Assembly: GCA_049889275.1 (NCBI GenBank)
Contig: JBMHDS010000022.1
Span: 197,437-261,436 of the forward strand
From: Bradymonadia bacterium
GTDB lineage: Bacteria > Myxococcota_A > Bradymonadia > UBA7976 > UBA1532
Reading direction: 5' to 3'
Length of the DNA: 64,000 nucleotides
The translations under genes and the position numbers were made by a program. The notes below the pieces were generated by a model. It had not been told where the DNA came from and made no database searches. It worked only from the letters and a program-made list of their open reading frames with translations. This document shows positions 52,936 to 64,000 of this stretch, piece after piece (positions within the stretch are counted from its first letter, which is position 1; every line of letters begins with the position of its first letter).

Positions 52936-53597
52936 AAGACAATTGATGCCAGATACGCGACATCGCGCAAATCGATTACGCCCTGCGACATTGAGACGAC
53001 CCGACGTTCAAAGCTCAGGAATTCGACCATCCCACGAAGGTCTTCCCCTACGAAAGTGGCTGTTCTTCCGATGATGTAGAAGCAGAAGCAAAGAAGAAAT
53101 CCGTTGATGAACGCAATCACTTGATTCGATGTAGCTGCGCTCGCAAAGATGCCCAGAGAGATATACGCGGCAGCCATCAAGATGAGGCCGAGATAACCAC
53201 CGATGACAGCACCCCAGTCGAGGTCTCCAATCGCGGAAATCGCGATGGGAAATGAGGCTGTCAGCAGTAGGGTCAGCGTGACGAGCGCTAGCGTGCCAAG
53301 AAACTTGCCAACAACCCAACTGAGGTCGCTCACCGGCCAGGTTTGCATGATCTCGAGCATTCCGTCGGCCTTCTCTTCAGCGATGGCTCTCATGGTGATC
53401 GCGGGTATGAAAAGCGTGAATAGGAAGGGTAAGAAATCGAAAAACGGCTGCAGGGTGGCTTTGCCGACGACGAAGAAAGGGTTTAGCACAAAGGTGTAAA
53501 TGCCGCTCAATACAATAAAAGAAGCGATGACGATATACGCAATCGGCCTACGGAAGTAGCAACGAAATTCGCGCAAGGCGATCCAAAATATGTTCAT
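52884..53597 (-). CDS. ABC-2-type permease (GldF-like).
   Basis: Six TM helices, 237 aa; overlaps both neighbouring genes. Confidence 0.8.
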   Translation of the reverse strand: MNIFWIALREFRCYFRRPIAYIVIASFIVLSGIYTFVLNPFFVVGKATLQPFFDFLPFLFTLFIPAITMRAIAEEKADGMLEIMQTWPVSDLSWVVGKFLGTLALVTLTLLLTASFPIAISAIGDLDWGAVIGGYLGLILMAAAYISLGIFASAATSNQVIAFINGFLLCFCFYIIGRTATFVGEDLRGMVEFLSFERRVVSMSQGVIDLRDVAYLASIVLCATGLTAERLHLRRWR

Positions 53598-54532
53598 TTT
53601 TCATCATCCGTTAGCTGACGAAAAACGCTCTCTAAGCTTGCACGCTCTCGCGCCAACTCCAAGAGTCGCCAATCGTGAGAGACAACTCGAGCGCTGACTT
53701 TGGATGCGTCCGATGCCTGTCTGAGAGATACGAGCAAACGGTGCTCATCTGGTGCCGATTCAGGGGAGCCGAATTGCCAGTCCGCGATGCAGTCGAGCTC
53801 ATCGAGAAATGCGACAAGCTTGTCCTTTTCGGCATTTGCGATGTGAAGATGAAACGTTGACCCACTCATACGGCTGATCAGCGTATCGGGTGTATCATCG
53901 GCGACGATTTGACCTCGATTAATTACGATAATTCGATTCGCAACAGCGCTCACTTCTTTGAGGATGTGGCTACTGAATAGAACGGTTTTGTCACGTCCAT
54001 AATCGATGACAAGCGAGCGAATGTCCTCTACCTGATTGGGGTCCAGGCCATTTGTGGGTTCATCGAGTATCAGTACCTCTGGTTGATGAACAACGGCCTG
54101 AGCGAATCCAATGCGCTGGCGAAAACCTTTTGATAAATGGCCGATGGGTCTCCGAACCACCGATTCGAGACCGCACCGCTCGATCGCGTACTCGATCGAG
54201 CTTTTGGCGGCGCTCTTCTTGACGCGTCGTAGTCGTGCGACGAACTCGAGCAAGCCACGCACTGTCATCTCCGGGTAGAGTGTGAGACGTTCCGGCAGAT
54301 AGCCCAGGGCGTGTCGGAAGGACTCGTCTGGCTCACCCACCGACCGGTTTGCGATCCAGGCCTCACCTGAGGTCGGCGCAATGTAGCCGGTGAGTATTTT
54401 CATCGTCGTTGACTTGCCTGCGCCATTCGGTCCAAGAAAGCCGACGATCTCACCCCGTCCAATCTCAAATGAAATGTTATTTACGGCGTTTACCAAACCG
54501 TATGTTTTGTGGAGGTTTAAGGCTTTGATCAT
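53594..54532 (-). CDS. ABC transporter ATP-binding protein (GldA-like).
   Basis: Walker A GPNGAGKSTT, signature LSKGFRQRIGFAQA and Walker B ILDEPTNGLD. Confidence 0.9.
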   Translation of the reverse strand: MIKALNLHKTYGLVNAVNNISFEIGRGEIVGFLGPNGAGKSTTMKILTGYIAPTSGEAWIANRSVGEPDESFRHALGYLPERLTLYPEMTVRGLLEFVARLRRVKKSAAKSSIEYAIERCGLESVVRRPIGHLSKGFRQRIGFAQAVVHQPEVLILDEPTNGLDPNQVEDIRSLVIDYGRDKTVLFSSHILKEVSAVANRIIVINRGQIVADDTPDTLISRMSGSTFHLHIANAEKDKLVAFLDELDCIADWQFGSPESAPDEHRLLVSLRQASDASKVSARVVSHDWRLLELARERASLESVFRQLTDDEK

Positions 54533-54701
54533 GGCTATGGACGAATTTACCTGTGTTGAGCGACTCTGGAATCACGGAAGTTGATATCGGTAACTTGTCG
54601 TAAAAAACTATACTTTTCAATACGATAAGAAGCATTAGCAAATTTATTTGCTGGTCGATTTTAATGAAGCAGAGATAGGCGATTGACCTGGTGAACCTCC
54701 T

Positions 54702-55217
54702 TTGTTAGGTTCCGGCGACTTCGGAGCTGAGGAGCCGGTCGGCACCATGGATTCCATGCAGAATACAATTAATTATATGGGCGGGGTCAGTCTCGACTTA
54801 GACCTCACTGTTCTTATCCAACTGCTGCTTGTGGTTTTGTTGATGTTCATCCTGAAAAGGTGGGTCTTCAAACCATATTTGAGCGCCATTGATGAACGGG
54901 CGAAGCGCACGTCAGCTACGCGTGCGAGTGCGGAACAGCTGCAGCAAGAGGCGGACGAAATCGCAACTCGTTACGAGACGGCTCTTGCAGACGCGCGTAC
55001 AGCTGCCTTGGACGCGAAGCTGACCCTTCGTACCGAGGGTATCGAGACCAAAGACGCCATCGTGTCAGCAGCGCGAAAAGAAGCAAACAGCCAAATCGAG
55101 TCGGCGCAAGCGCAGATTGAGGAGCAGGTTGCGAGTGAGCGCGCTGCACTCGATGAGCGCGTTGATGAGCTCGCGGGCCTCGTCGTTCAAAAAGTCATCG
55201 GTCGGAGCGCGTCATGA
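54702..55217 (+). CDS. atpF: F-type ATP synthase Fo subunit b' (second b-type subunit).
   Basis: Single N-terminal TM (LIQLLLVVLLMFILKRW) plus a long Ala/Glu/Arg-rich helix; the true start is probably ATG about 54747; first gene of the atp cluster. Confidence 0.7.
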   Translation: MLGSGDFGAEEPVGTMDSMQNTINYMGGVSLDLDLTVLIQLLLVVLLMFILKRWVFKPYLSAIDERAKRTSATRASAEQLQQEADEIATRYETALADARTAALDAKLTLRTEGIETKDAIVSAARKEANSQIESAQAQIEEQVASERAALDERVDELAGLVVQKVIGRSAS

Positions 55218-55801
55218 TCAATAGACTAGCGACCTTGATTGTCTGGTGCACAGTTCTCTCCGGGGGCATCGCCCTCGCAGCGGGCGGCGGCGAAGCAAAG
55301 ACGGGTTGGGACGCCTGGTCCACAAACGTCTATCACCTCATCAATCTCGTTATCCTCCTGGGCCTACTGGTTAAGTTCGCCGGACCGAGTGTCACGAATG
55401 GCCTCAAGGGTCGAGCGGCCCGGGTGTCGCAAGAAATCGATGAAGCGGCAGCGCTACATGCGGAAGCGAAGAAAATGCTCGCGACCTACAACGAGAAGCT
55501 CGCCGGTTTCGAAGCAGAGCGTGTTTCGTTGATGGATGATTACCGCAAGATGGGTGAAGCTGAGCGTGACCGCATTGTTGAAGCGGCTCAGGCCGAAGCT
55601 GCGCGTTTAAAGGCTGAAGCCCGCAGAGTTGCAGACAACGAGTTGGCGCGGGCGAAGAGTAAGCTCGAGGCAGAGATCGTAGACCGCGCAGTCGCTCAGG
55701 CAGAAGACGCGATTCGTAAACAGCTCACAGCTGATGACCATCGCAAACTTGTAGCTGATTACTTCACACAGCTCGAGTCCGGCGCTCGAATTGCTCAGTA
55801 A
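55214..55801 (+). CDS. atpF: F-type ATP synthase Fo subunit b.
   Basis: N-terminal TM plus a charged coiled coil (EAARLKAEARRVADNELARAKSKLEAE). Confidence 0.8.
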   Translation: MINRLATLIVWCTVLSGGIALAAGGGEAKTGWDAWSTNVYHLINLVILLGLLVKFAGPSVTNGLKGRAARVSQEIDEAAALHAEAKKMLATYNEKLAGFEAERVSLMDDYRKMGEAERDRIVEAAQAEAARLKAEARRVADNELARAKSKLEAEIVDRAVAQAEDAIRKQLTADDHRKLVADYFTQLESGARIAQ

Positions 55802-55812
55802 GGAGAAGAGTA

Positions 55813-56358
55813 GTGCGATCATCCACCCTCGGTGAACGTTACGCGAAAGCCCTACTCGGGATTGGCGTAGATGGTAACATCCAGGACCAGCTTGGGCGAG
55901 AACTGCAGCGCGTTTTAGAACTTTTTTCTATAGGCGAAGTCAGGCTGCTTTTTCAAAACCCAAAGTTCGGAATCGAGACGCGCAAATCAGTACTCGCCGA
56001 CCTATTGGATGTGGTTACTGTGAGCCCAGTGTGCCGGAACTTTTTGTTTTTGCTCGTCGACCGAAACCGGATCGGTCGCCTTGGAGAGATTGTCGCGGCA
56101 TTCAACGAGCTTTCAGATGCAGCCTCGGGCCGTCTACGCGCTCGTGTTCGCGTTGCAGAGTCGCTCAGTGATGGCGACGTTGAGCGGCTACGTACCGTAC
56201 TTGAGAAAGTCACAGGTAAGAAAGTCGTCGTCGAACAGGAAGAAGATAAATCGATTGTCGCGGGCATTGTCACCCACATTGGCGGACGTGTCTATGACGG
56301 CAGCGTGAGCAATCAGTTGAACTTACTTAGGACACGCCTTAAGCAAGGCGGCGTTTGA
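55813..56358 (+). CDS. atpH: F-type ATP synthase subunit delta (OSCP).
   Basis: N-terminal YAKALLG motif, length and position between b and alpha. Confidence 0.85.
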   Translation: MRSSTLGERYAKALLGIGVDGNIQDQLGRELQRVLELFSIGEVRLLFQNPKFGIETRKSVLADLLDVVTVSPVCRNFLFLLVDRNRIGRLGEIVAAFNELSDAASGRLRARVRVAESLSDGDVERLRTVLEKVTGKKVVVEQEEDKSIVAGIVTHIGGRVYDGSVSNQLNLLRTRLKQGGV

Positions 56359-56387
56359 ACCTTAACGGTTAGAATGGAGACCGACCG

Positions 56388-57896
56388 ATGGACATCAGGG
56401 TCGAAGAAATTAGCCGAATTATTCGGAAGCAAATCGAAGATTACGACAAGCAGGTTGAGGTCAGCGAAACCGGCACCGTCTTGTCGGCGGGTGATGGTAT
56501 CGCTCGTGTTTACGGCTTGGAACAGGCGATGGCAGGCGAACTCGTTGAGTTCCCCAATAATGTCCAAGGGATGGTTTTGAACCTCGAGGAAGACAACGTC
56601 GGTGTTGCGCTCCTCGGCGAAGCCAACAAAATCCGTGAAGGCGACGAAGTTCGTCGAACTGGTCGTATCGTCGACGTGCCCGTCGGTGAGGCCCTACTCG
56701 GCCGAGTGGTTAACGCGCTCGGTGAGCCAATAGATGGGCTCGGCGACCTCAATGCGGCGCATCGTCGACAGGTGGAATTGAAGGCCCCAGGCATCATGCC
56801 CCGGCAGTCGGTTTGTGAACCACTTCAGACCGGCCTCAAAGCGATTGATGCAATGGTTCCGATTGGTCGTGGACAGCGTGAGTTGATCATCGGCGACCGG
56901 CAAACTGGAAAGACGGCCGTTGCAATCGACACCATCATCAACCAAAAGAACACAGATGTTTACTGTATTTACGTGGCGATTGGCCAAAAGCAGTCAACTG
57001 TTGCTCAGGTTGTCGATAAGCTCAAGAAGCACGGCGCCATGGAGTACACAACAGTGGTCGCCGCTGCGGCTGCCGAGCTCGCGCCGTTGCAGTTCCTCGC
57101 ACCGTATACGGGTTGCACAATGGGTGAGTTCTTCCGAGACAACGGAAAGCACGCGCTCATCATTTATGATGATTTGAGTAAGCAGGCTGTTGCTTATCGG
57201 CAAATGTCTTTGTTGCTCCGTCGTCCTCCTGGACGTGAAGCTTATCCTGGTGACGTTTTCTACCTTCATAGCCGCTTGTTGGAGCGCGCCGCGAAGATGA
57301 ATGATGACAATGGTGGTGGCAGCCTAACAGCGTTGCCCATCATTGAAACTCAGGCTGGCGATGTGTCAGCGTACATCCCAACCAACGTGATCTCGATCAC
57401 TGATGGGCAGATATTCCTCGAGAGTGACTTGTTCAACTCGGGTATCCGGCCCGCGATCAACGTGGGTATTTCGGTGTCCCGCGTTGGCGGTTCGGCTCAG
57501 ACAAAGGCGATGAAGAAGATCGCCGGTACGCTGCGTCTGGACCTCGCGCAATATCGAGAGATGGCGGCATTCGCGCAGTTCGCGTCCGATCTAGATAAGG
57601 CAACGCAAATGCAGCTGGCCCGTGGTGAGCGATTGACCATCTTGCTCAAGCAAGGTCAGTACAAGCCACTCGCAGTGGAAGACCAAATCCTGGTCATCTA
57701 CGCCGGTGTTAAGGGTTTCGTCGACGATGTTGCTGTAAGTGACCTGGGTCGATATGAGGCCGAACTCATCGAGTATTTCAAGGCGAAACACGAGAGTGTT
57801 CTCAATTCGATTCGTGAAGTAGGCAAGCTCACCGACGACATCGTCGCTGCGCTTGAGTCTGGTTTGAACGAATTTAACGCAGGCTTCAACGCCTAG
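56388..57896 (+). CDS. atpA: F-type ATP synthase subunit alpha.
   Basis: P-loop [18 protein letters not shown]; highly conserved throughout. Confidence 0.98.
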   Translation: MDIRVEEISRIIRKQIEDYDKQVEVSETGTVLSAGDGIARVYGLEQAMAGELVEFPNNVQGMVLNLEEDNVGVALLGEANKIREGDEVRRTGRIVDVPVGEALLGRVVNALGEPIDGLGDLNAAHRRQVELKAPGIMPRQSVCEPLQTGLKAIDAMVPIGRGQRELIIGDRQTGKTAVAIDTIINQKNTDVYCIYVAIGQKQSTVAQVVDKLKKHGAMEYTTVVAAAAAELAPLQFLAPYTGCTMGEFFRDNGKHALIIYDDLSKQAVAYRQMSLLLRRPPGREAYPGDVFYLHSRLLERAAKMNDDNGGGSLTALPIIETQAGDVSAYIPTNVISITDGQIFLESDLFNSGIRPAINVGISVSRVGGSAQTKAMKKIAGTLRLDLAQYREMAAFAQFASDLDKATQMQLARGERLTILLKQGQYKPLAVEDQILVIYAGVKGFVDDVAVSDLGRYEAELIEYFKAKHESVLNSIREVGKLTDDIVAALESGLNEFNAGFNA

Positions 57897-57914
57897 TCGC
57901 GGAGGGAGTGAGGC

Positions 57915-58793
57915 ATGCCAAGCCTCAAAGACATTCGCAAACGGGTTACGTCCGTTAAGAACACCCAAAAGATAACACGTGCGATGAAGCTCGTGGCGGC
58001 TGCAAAATTGCGCCGCGCCCAGGGTGCGATGATGGAATTAAGACCGTATGCAGAGAAATATCGTGAGATGTTGTCATCACTCGTGGCTGCTGGTGGTGGA
58101 GAGGGTGAGACATCGCATCCGTTGTTAGAAAATCGCGAAGGTCGTGCGGCGGTTGCCGTTTTGGCTATTTCGAGTGACCGCGGGATGTGCGGAGGTTTCA
58201 ACAGCAACGTACAGAAGTACGTGCAGCGCTATGCACAGAGGGCGGCTGCCGATGGGCGAGATACCGTTGTTTATCCGCTCGGGCGTCGAATGGTCCAGTT
58301 CACCGAGAAGAATGGCTTCGATATAGGCGAGAGTTTCGGAGAGGTGTTGGCTGCGACTGAGACCGAGAAGGTCAAGGCCATCACATCGACGTTGGTCGAT
58401 GGCTTTTTGTCTGGACGATTTGATGACGTCGTCATCATCTGTAACCGTTTTGAGAGCATCATTAACCAAAACCCCAATGATACTGGCCTATTGCCGGTCG
58501 CTGCTGAGGCGGATGAGGGCGCGGACGAGGTGGGCGGTGATTATCTCTATGAGCCAGATGAAGAAACGTTACTGAATCACGTTGTCCCGGCTTACGTAGA
58601 GGTCCAAGTTCGCGAGGCGATTTTGGAGTCCATCGCTGGGGAACACGCCGCCCGGATGAATGCGATGAACAGCGCAACAGACAACGCGACCGAGATGATC
58701 TCGGCGCTAACTTTACAAATGAACAGAGCGAGACAAGCCGCGATCACCACGGAATTGATGGAGATCATCGGCGGGGCTGAAGCACTTAAATGA
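57915..58793 (+). CDS. atpG: F-type ATP synthase subunit gamma.
   Basis: MPSLKDIRKRVTSVKNTQKITRAMKLVAAAKLRRAQ N-terminus and ARMNAMNSATDNA C-terminus. Confidence 0.95.
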   Translation: MPSLKDIRKRVTSVKNTQKITRAMKLVAAAKLRRAQGAMMELRPYAEKYREMLSSLVAAGGGEGETSHPLLENREGRAAVAVLAISSDRGMCGGFNSNVQKYVQRYAQRAAADGRDTVVYPLGRRMVQFTEKNGFDIGESFGEVLAATETEKVKAITSTLVDGFLSGRFDDVVIICNRFESIINQNPNDTGLLPVAAEADEGADEVGGDYLYEPDEETLLNHVVPAYVEVQVREAILESIAGEHAARMNAMNSATDNATEMISALTLQMNRARQAAITTELMEIIGGAEALK

Positions 58794-58798
58794 AATGA

Positions 58799-60271
<1,473 letters not shown>

Positions 60272-60302
60272 TCGGCCTAGCTGTTTTTGAAGAGGTGCTA
60301 TC

Positions 60303-60698
60303 ATGGCTCAATTGAATCTTTCCATCGTGACGCCATCAGGGTCGGTTGTATCGGCAGATGTTACTGAGGTGACGGTACCGGGTGCAGCTGGCATGTTTAC
60401 GGTATATCCGGAGCATCAGCCGGCATTGGTGATGCTCGGAGGTGGGCAGCTGTCATTTTTGGGAGCAGATGGGCAGGGTGAAGTTTATATTCGCGGTGGT
60501 GTGGCTGAAATTTCGGCCGATAGCATCCTGGTGATGACTGACTATGCGATCATCTCAGAGGATACGAATCTTGATGATGCCCGTGAACTTTTGAGTGACT
60601 CAGAGCGAAGACTTGCTGAGTCTGACTATCTTGACGACACCGTGCTCATGGGGATAACGATCGATCAGCGCTTTGCCGAGAGTATTATTTCATCCTAG
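60303..60698 (+). CDS. atpC: F-type ATP synthase subunit epsilon.
   Basis: LNLSIVTPSGSVVSADVTEVTVPGAAGMFTVYPEHQP. Confidence 0.9.
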   Translation: MAQLNLSIVTPSGSVVSADVTEVTVPGAAGMFTVYPEHQPALVMLGGGQLSFLGADGQGEVYIRGGVAEISADSILVMTDYAIISEDTNLDDARELLSDSERRLAESDYLDDTVLMGITIDQRFAESIISS

Positions 60699-60722
60699 GT
60701 AGCACCTAGAACCCTCCTCCTC

Positions 60723-60768
60723 AAGCTCACGTCTAAGTGAGCCCGCTACGGCAGCTTCTGGTTTTTAA
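60723..60768 (+). terminator. Possible terminator hairpin after atpC (weak).
   Basis: GCTCAC-gtctaa-GTGAGC hairpin; a T5 run about 20 bp later; not a canonical hairpin plus T-tract. Confidence 0.3.
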
Positions 60769-61021
60769 GTTGCTGATATTAATGACTTTTTGGTTTTCTT
60801 TGTTGCGGCTGGCTCGGGTGAGTTGGCGTCTATGCGAGCACATGGAGCCCTCCGTTTGAGTCTACTTTAGAAGATGCCCACAGTGGCTTCTCGATATCAG
60901 TTAAGCATTTGAGATTGTGGGGTTTTGTCGTCGAAACGCGAGGCGCGGCGCCGGGACGAGGGGTGGTCCATTGAGCCTGGATTTAGTGAGTAGGGGGCGT
61001 CCGTCTTGAAGAGCCCTGTGG

Positions 61022-61891
61022 CTATCGACCTTCCAACGAGGCGATGAGGTCTAGCAGCCTTTCGAGTTCATCCATGCTATGGAACCGGACCTCGATTCGA
61101 CCAACGCCCTTTTTTTGAACGAGCTTTACGGGCGCGCCAAGAGCTGCGCGTAACTGGTCCTCCACAGCCCTATGTGCCGGACTATTTGGATTCTTAGTGG
61201 CTGGGGGTTGAGTCAGCTGATTTTTGAGGGCTTTCGCCTCTTTTTCGGTCCGTCGGACACTCCAATCACCCTTGATTGCCTGTTCAGCAAGCGATTCTCT
61301 CTCGGCGGTGGGTGCCATCAGGAGGGCCCGCCCATGCCCTGCGGTCAAGGTGCCATAGGCCACTTCGGTTTGTAGGTCTTGTGACAGCTTCAGTAGACGC
61401 AGAGCGTTGGTAATGGTGACGCGGTCTCGTCCGACTTTTTTGGCGATGGCTTCATGGCTGAGTTCAAGGGATTTGGAGAGGTACTGATACGCCTCAGCCT
61501 CTTCGATTGGATTCAAGTCCTCTCGTTGCACATTTTCAACCAGCGCGAGTTCATAAGCCTCCGCTTCGGTCACGTCCCGAACCACGACAGGGACATGACT
61601 GAGGCCAGCCTTCTTGGACGCACGGTACCGCCGTTCACCGGCGATGATGGTAAAGGTGGCTTGCCCAACACGTCTGACCACGATGGGCTGGATAAAGCCA
61701 TCGGTCTTGAGCGACTCGGCGAGTGCGGTGATGCGTTCCTCATCAAACTGGGTCCGGGGCTGAGTATTCGCGGCCATGATTTGTTCGATGGGAAGTTCCT
61801 GTATCTGGCGGTCGCTAGGTGCAGTCTCGTTTGCGTCAGGTATGAGCGCTGATAAGCCTCGACCGAGAACATTGCGACGTGTCTGGGACAT
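61022..61891 (-). CDS. parB: Chromosome partitioning protein ParB (Spo0J).
   Basis: N-terminus MSQTRRNVLGRGLSALIP, ParB box GERRYRA and HTH; the ORF-track N-terminal 140 aa is a spurious extension; start at ATG 61891. Confidence 0.9.
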   Translation of the reverse strand: MSQTRRNVLGRGLSALIPDANETAPSDRQIQELPIEQIMAANTQPRTQFDEERITALAESLKTDGFIQPIVVRRVGQATFTIIAGERRYRASKKAGLSHVPVVVRDVTEAEAYELALVENVQREDLNPIEEAEAYQYLSKSLELSHEAIAKKVGRDRVTITNALRLLKLSQDLQTEVAYGTLTAGHGRALLMAPTAERESLAEQAIKGDWSVRRTEKEAKALKNQLTQPPATKNPNSPAHRAVEDQLRAALGAPVKLVQKKGVGRIEVRFHSMDELERLLDLIASLEGR

Positions 61892-61911
61892 AAAACTCGG
61901 GCTCCTCTTTT

Positions 61912-62691
61912 TTAGTTTCGATGACAATGACGTTCTATAACCACTTTCGCGAGCGTCTGATAGGCCTTTGCGCCGCGGGAAGCATGGTCGTAGTGATAGA
62001 TAGGCTTTCCGAAGGACGGACTTTCCGAAAGCCGCACGTTGCGTGGGATGACCACATCGAATACATCGTTGGGGAAATGCCGGCGGACTTCCGTGGCGAC
62101 CTGGTGCGATAGATTGTTTCGGGTATCGAACATGGTCAGAAGGATACCTTCTAGGCGTAACGTGGGGTTGAGGCCTCGCTGAATGAGACGGACCGTCTTC
62201 GTGAGCTGAGAAAGACCTTCGAGTGCATAGTACTCGGTTTGCAGCGGTATCAAGGCGGCTTGTGCTGCTGTCAACGCGTTGATGGTGAGGAGTCCCAATG
62301 ATGGGGGACAATCGATCACGATGAAGCTTGGCTTTTGGGCCATGCGAGAGATGGCTTCTTTGAGCCGGTATTCACGGGAGATGGCGTCGACCAGTTCAAC
62401 TTCCGCCCCAAAGAGTGCGCTGTTTGCCGGGAGAACCTTGAGTTTGTCGATGTTCGGGGCGGCACGCGTGGCGACGTCGATCTCCGCCATACCGATGAGC
62501 GTGTGATATGCGCCACGTTTGATCTGGTTGGGGTCGATGCCGAGACCGCTGGTCGCGTTAGCCTGGGGGTCAAGATCGATGAGCAAGGTCTCGTACCCGA
62601 GAATGGCCAAACCGGCAGCTAAATTGACAGCGGTGGTCGTTTTTCCAACTCCACCCTTTTGATTTGTGATGCAGATAGTGTACGTAGACAT
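61912..62691 (-). CDS. parA: Chromosome partitioning ATPase ParA (Soj).
   Basis: Deviant Walker A ITNQKGGVGKTTTAVNLA, IDCPPSLG; start taken at ATG 62691 (MSTYTICI...). Confidence 0.9.
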   Translation of the reverse strand: MSTYTICITNQKGGVGKTTTAVNLAAGLAILGYETLLIDLDPQANATSGLGIDPNQIKRGAYHTLIGMAEIDVATRAAPNIDKLKVLPANSALFGAEVELVDAISREYRLKEAISRMAQKPSFIVIDCPPSLGLLTINALTAAQAALIPLQTEYYALEGLSQLTKTVRLIQRGLNPTLRLEGILLTMFDTRNNLSHQVATEVRRHFPNDVFDVVIPRNVRLSESPSFGKPIYHYDHASRGAKAYQTLAKVVIERHCHRN

Positions 62692-62734
62692 GGGCCGCTG
62701 TCTACCACAGGATCGGTGTGGCGTACCAGACCGA

Positions 62735-62750
62735 TGTTTCACATGAAACA
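62735..62750. promoter_or_regulatory. parS-like centromere site (TGTTTCACATGAAACA, one mismatch from TGTTTCACGTGAAACA).
   Basis: A 16-bp palindrome in the parA-bactofilin intergenic region, about 45 bp upstream of the parA start. Confidence 0.6.
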
Positions 62751-62811
62751 TATTCTTATCCGATGGTAGAAGCGGGCATGTTATGCAATAGTCCCTTAGG
62801 GCCTAGACCAA

Positions 62812-63315
62812 TTGGACCGTACGATGTTTGGACGTAAAGAGAATAAAGACGAGACCTCGAAGAGTCAGCTGAGCGTGGGTGTGACCACCGCAGAGACACT
62901 AGAGGAACGGCATTTGGAGAATCGAGAGATGGAAGATACAGGCGTTGCCCTTCTGCGCAGAGAGGATATGCAGCGAAGCCCAGCTACCGGAGGTAGCACC
63001 GGGGCGCTCTTGGGTCGGGGCTGCCGATTTGAAGGCAAACTCACCTTTGAAGGCACAGTTCAGATCGATGGCGAGTTTTTTGGCGATATTGATTCTCCGG
63101 GTCATCTTGTCATCAGCGCAGGCGCTCGCATCGACGGCACCGTCAATGTTGCCTCAGCGGACATCAGCGGCGAAGTGAATGGCAAGCTGACAACGTCCGG
63201 TGCGTTGGAGCTACGACAGACGGCAAAAGTTGTTGGTGAACTCTCGGTTCAGGCCCTTGTTATCGAGCGCGGCGCCCACTTCGAGGGTCAGGTACAAATG
63301 ACCGGTAAACAGTAG
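62812..63315 (+). CDS. Bactofilin-family cytoskeletal protein.
   Basis: DUF583-type beta-helical repeats: GKLTFEGTVQIDGEFFGDIDSPGHLVISAGARIDGTVNVASADISGEVNGKL...; N-terminal basic/disordered tail. Confidence 0.85.
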   Translation: MDRTMFGRKENKDETSKSQLSVGVTTAETLEERHLENREMEDTGVALLRREDMQRSPATGGSTGALLGRGCRFEGKLTFEGTVQIDGEFFGDIDSPGHLVISAGARIDGTVNVASADISGEVNGKLTTSGALELRQTAKVVGELSVQALVIERGAHFEGQVQMTGKQ

Positions 63316-63329
63316 AACCTTCGAGCCCC

Positions 63330-63938
63330 TTATCGGTTCCAGACCTCGATGAGGCGCTGTGAGCTCTCCGGCCCCTCGTAAGCGAGCGCCTCGGTCTTGA
63401 CGAACCCCTCTACAGTCATCACTGGACGATTTGCAGCCATCATACGTACAACCGTACGGACATGGGGGCCCCCAGACACGGCGAGTGCGGGCCATTTCGC
63501 TGGATCCACAACCGCCCGGCTCACCACTTGACAGTCGGTTGACAGCGCAACGGGCCACCGTGCCCGTGTGACTTTAAGATTTCTTAAGCCAATGAGTCGA
63601 CTCACATGCCTTAGGAATGCGGTGCGTTTTGCAATCGGTTCTACCAGACATATCTCTAAGTCCGGCCTGAGGCACGCTACGAGCAATCCAGGTGTACCGC
63701 TACCAGAGCCGACATCATAGAGTGGGCTTCCAGCTGGTAAGACCTGAGCCAATGCGAGGCCGTCGATGAGGTCCACCTCGTAGGGACGTCCAACTGCCTG
63801 AGGGCCGGCAATATTATGAGTTTGGTTCCATGCCGCCCGGGCCCCGAAATACTGGTTTATTTGCTCACACGCTTGACTTGAACAGGCGTGGCTCAGGCCC
63901 GCTTCGCGGCCCAGTTGGTGTATCTGTTCAATCAACAT
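63330..63938 (-). CDS. rsmG: 16S rRNA (guanine527-N7)-methyltransferase RsmG (GidB).
   Basis: SAM-binding motif DVGSGSGTPGL and length of about 200 aa. Confidence 0.9.
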   Translation of the reverse strand: MLIEQIHQLGREAGLSHACSSQACEQINQYFGARAAWNQTHNIAGPQAVGRPYEVDLIDGLALAQVLPAGSPLYDVGSGSGTPGLLVACLRPDLEICLVEPIAKRTAFLRHVSRLIGLRNLKVTRARWPVALSTDCQVVSRAVVDPAKWPALAVSGGPHVRTVVRMMAANRPVMTVEGFVKTEALAYEGPESSQRLIEVWNR

Positions 63939-64000
63939 GGCAGATGTCCGCGACTCTCTGGCGCTCTGATGATTGCACTCCGAAATTTGTAAAACGTGAA

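Noticed and set aside
61892-62311. 140-codon N-terminal extension of parB, and the 20-codon extension of parA (62692..62751).
   Set aside because: Canonical ParB (MSQTRRNVLGRGLSALIP) and ParA (MSTYTICITNQKGGVGKTT) N-termini begin at internal ATGs. The extensions are Arg/Pro-rich with no homology signal.
63981-64000. Possible second parS at the window end (gtaaaacgtgaa).
   Set aside because: Only the right half loosely matches and the window truncates it, so I cannot evaluate it.

Overview
This is a 64 kb gene-dense window of housekeeping chromosome near the replication origin. The content (many Hanks-type Ser/Thr kinases, a bactofilin next to parAB, a GldG-type ABC-2 module, an H+-pyrophosphatase, and an atpF'FHAGDC operon lacking atpB/atpE) looks like a high-GC deltaproteobacterium of Myxococcota/Bradymonadota type; this is inference, not a database result.

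Origin-proximal landmarks:
- dnaA on the minus strand with two perfect inverted DnaA boxes at its 5' end
- rpmH-rnpA-yidD-yidC-jag followed directly by gyrB, with no dnaN/recF in the window
- rsmG, then a divergent bactofilin gene, then parA-parB with a parS-like site
- rpsF-rpsR-rplI-dnaB, and tRNA-Gln-prs-rplY-pth

Other content:
- hppA, a complete F1 and partial Fo ATP synthase operon, and an Fe-chelate/B12-type ABC importer
- a GldA/F/G-like ABC-2 module
- two Ser/Thr kinases, a receiver-XRE regulator, and two tandem HU genes
- an M28 peptidase and a fused NarI-like/HdrD-like Fe-S oxidoreductase
- a VKOR-DsbA fusion with an upstream P-II-like gene
- a UvrD-family helicase overlapping a large uncharacterised ORF

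I found no transposase, integrase, CRISPR array or rRNA. The most unusual element is a two-gene DnaD-like plus DnaC/DnaI-like AAA+ (Zn-finger) module encoded immediately after gyrB. It is a candidate replicative-helicase loading system in the origin-proximal cluster.

Several ORF-track entries have spurious N-terminal extensions (fecD-like, SBP, parA, parB, gyrB, the DnaD-like gene); I give corrected starts where an ATGA overlap or a conserved N-terminus supports them.
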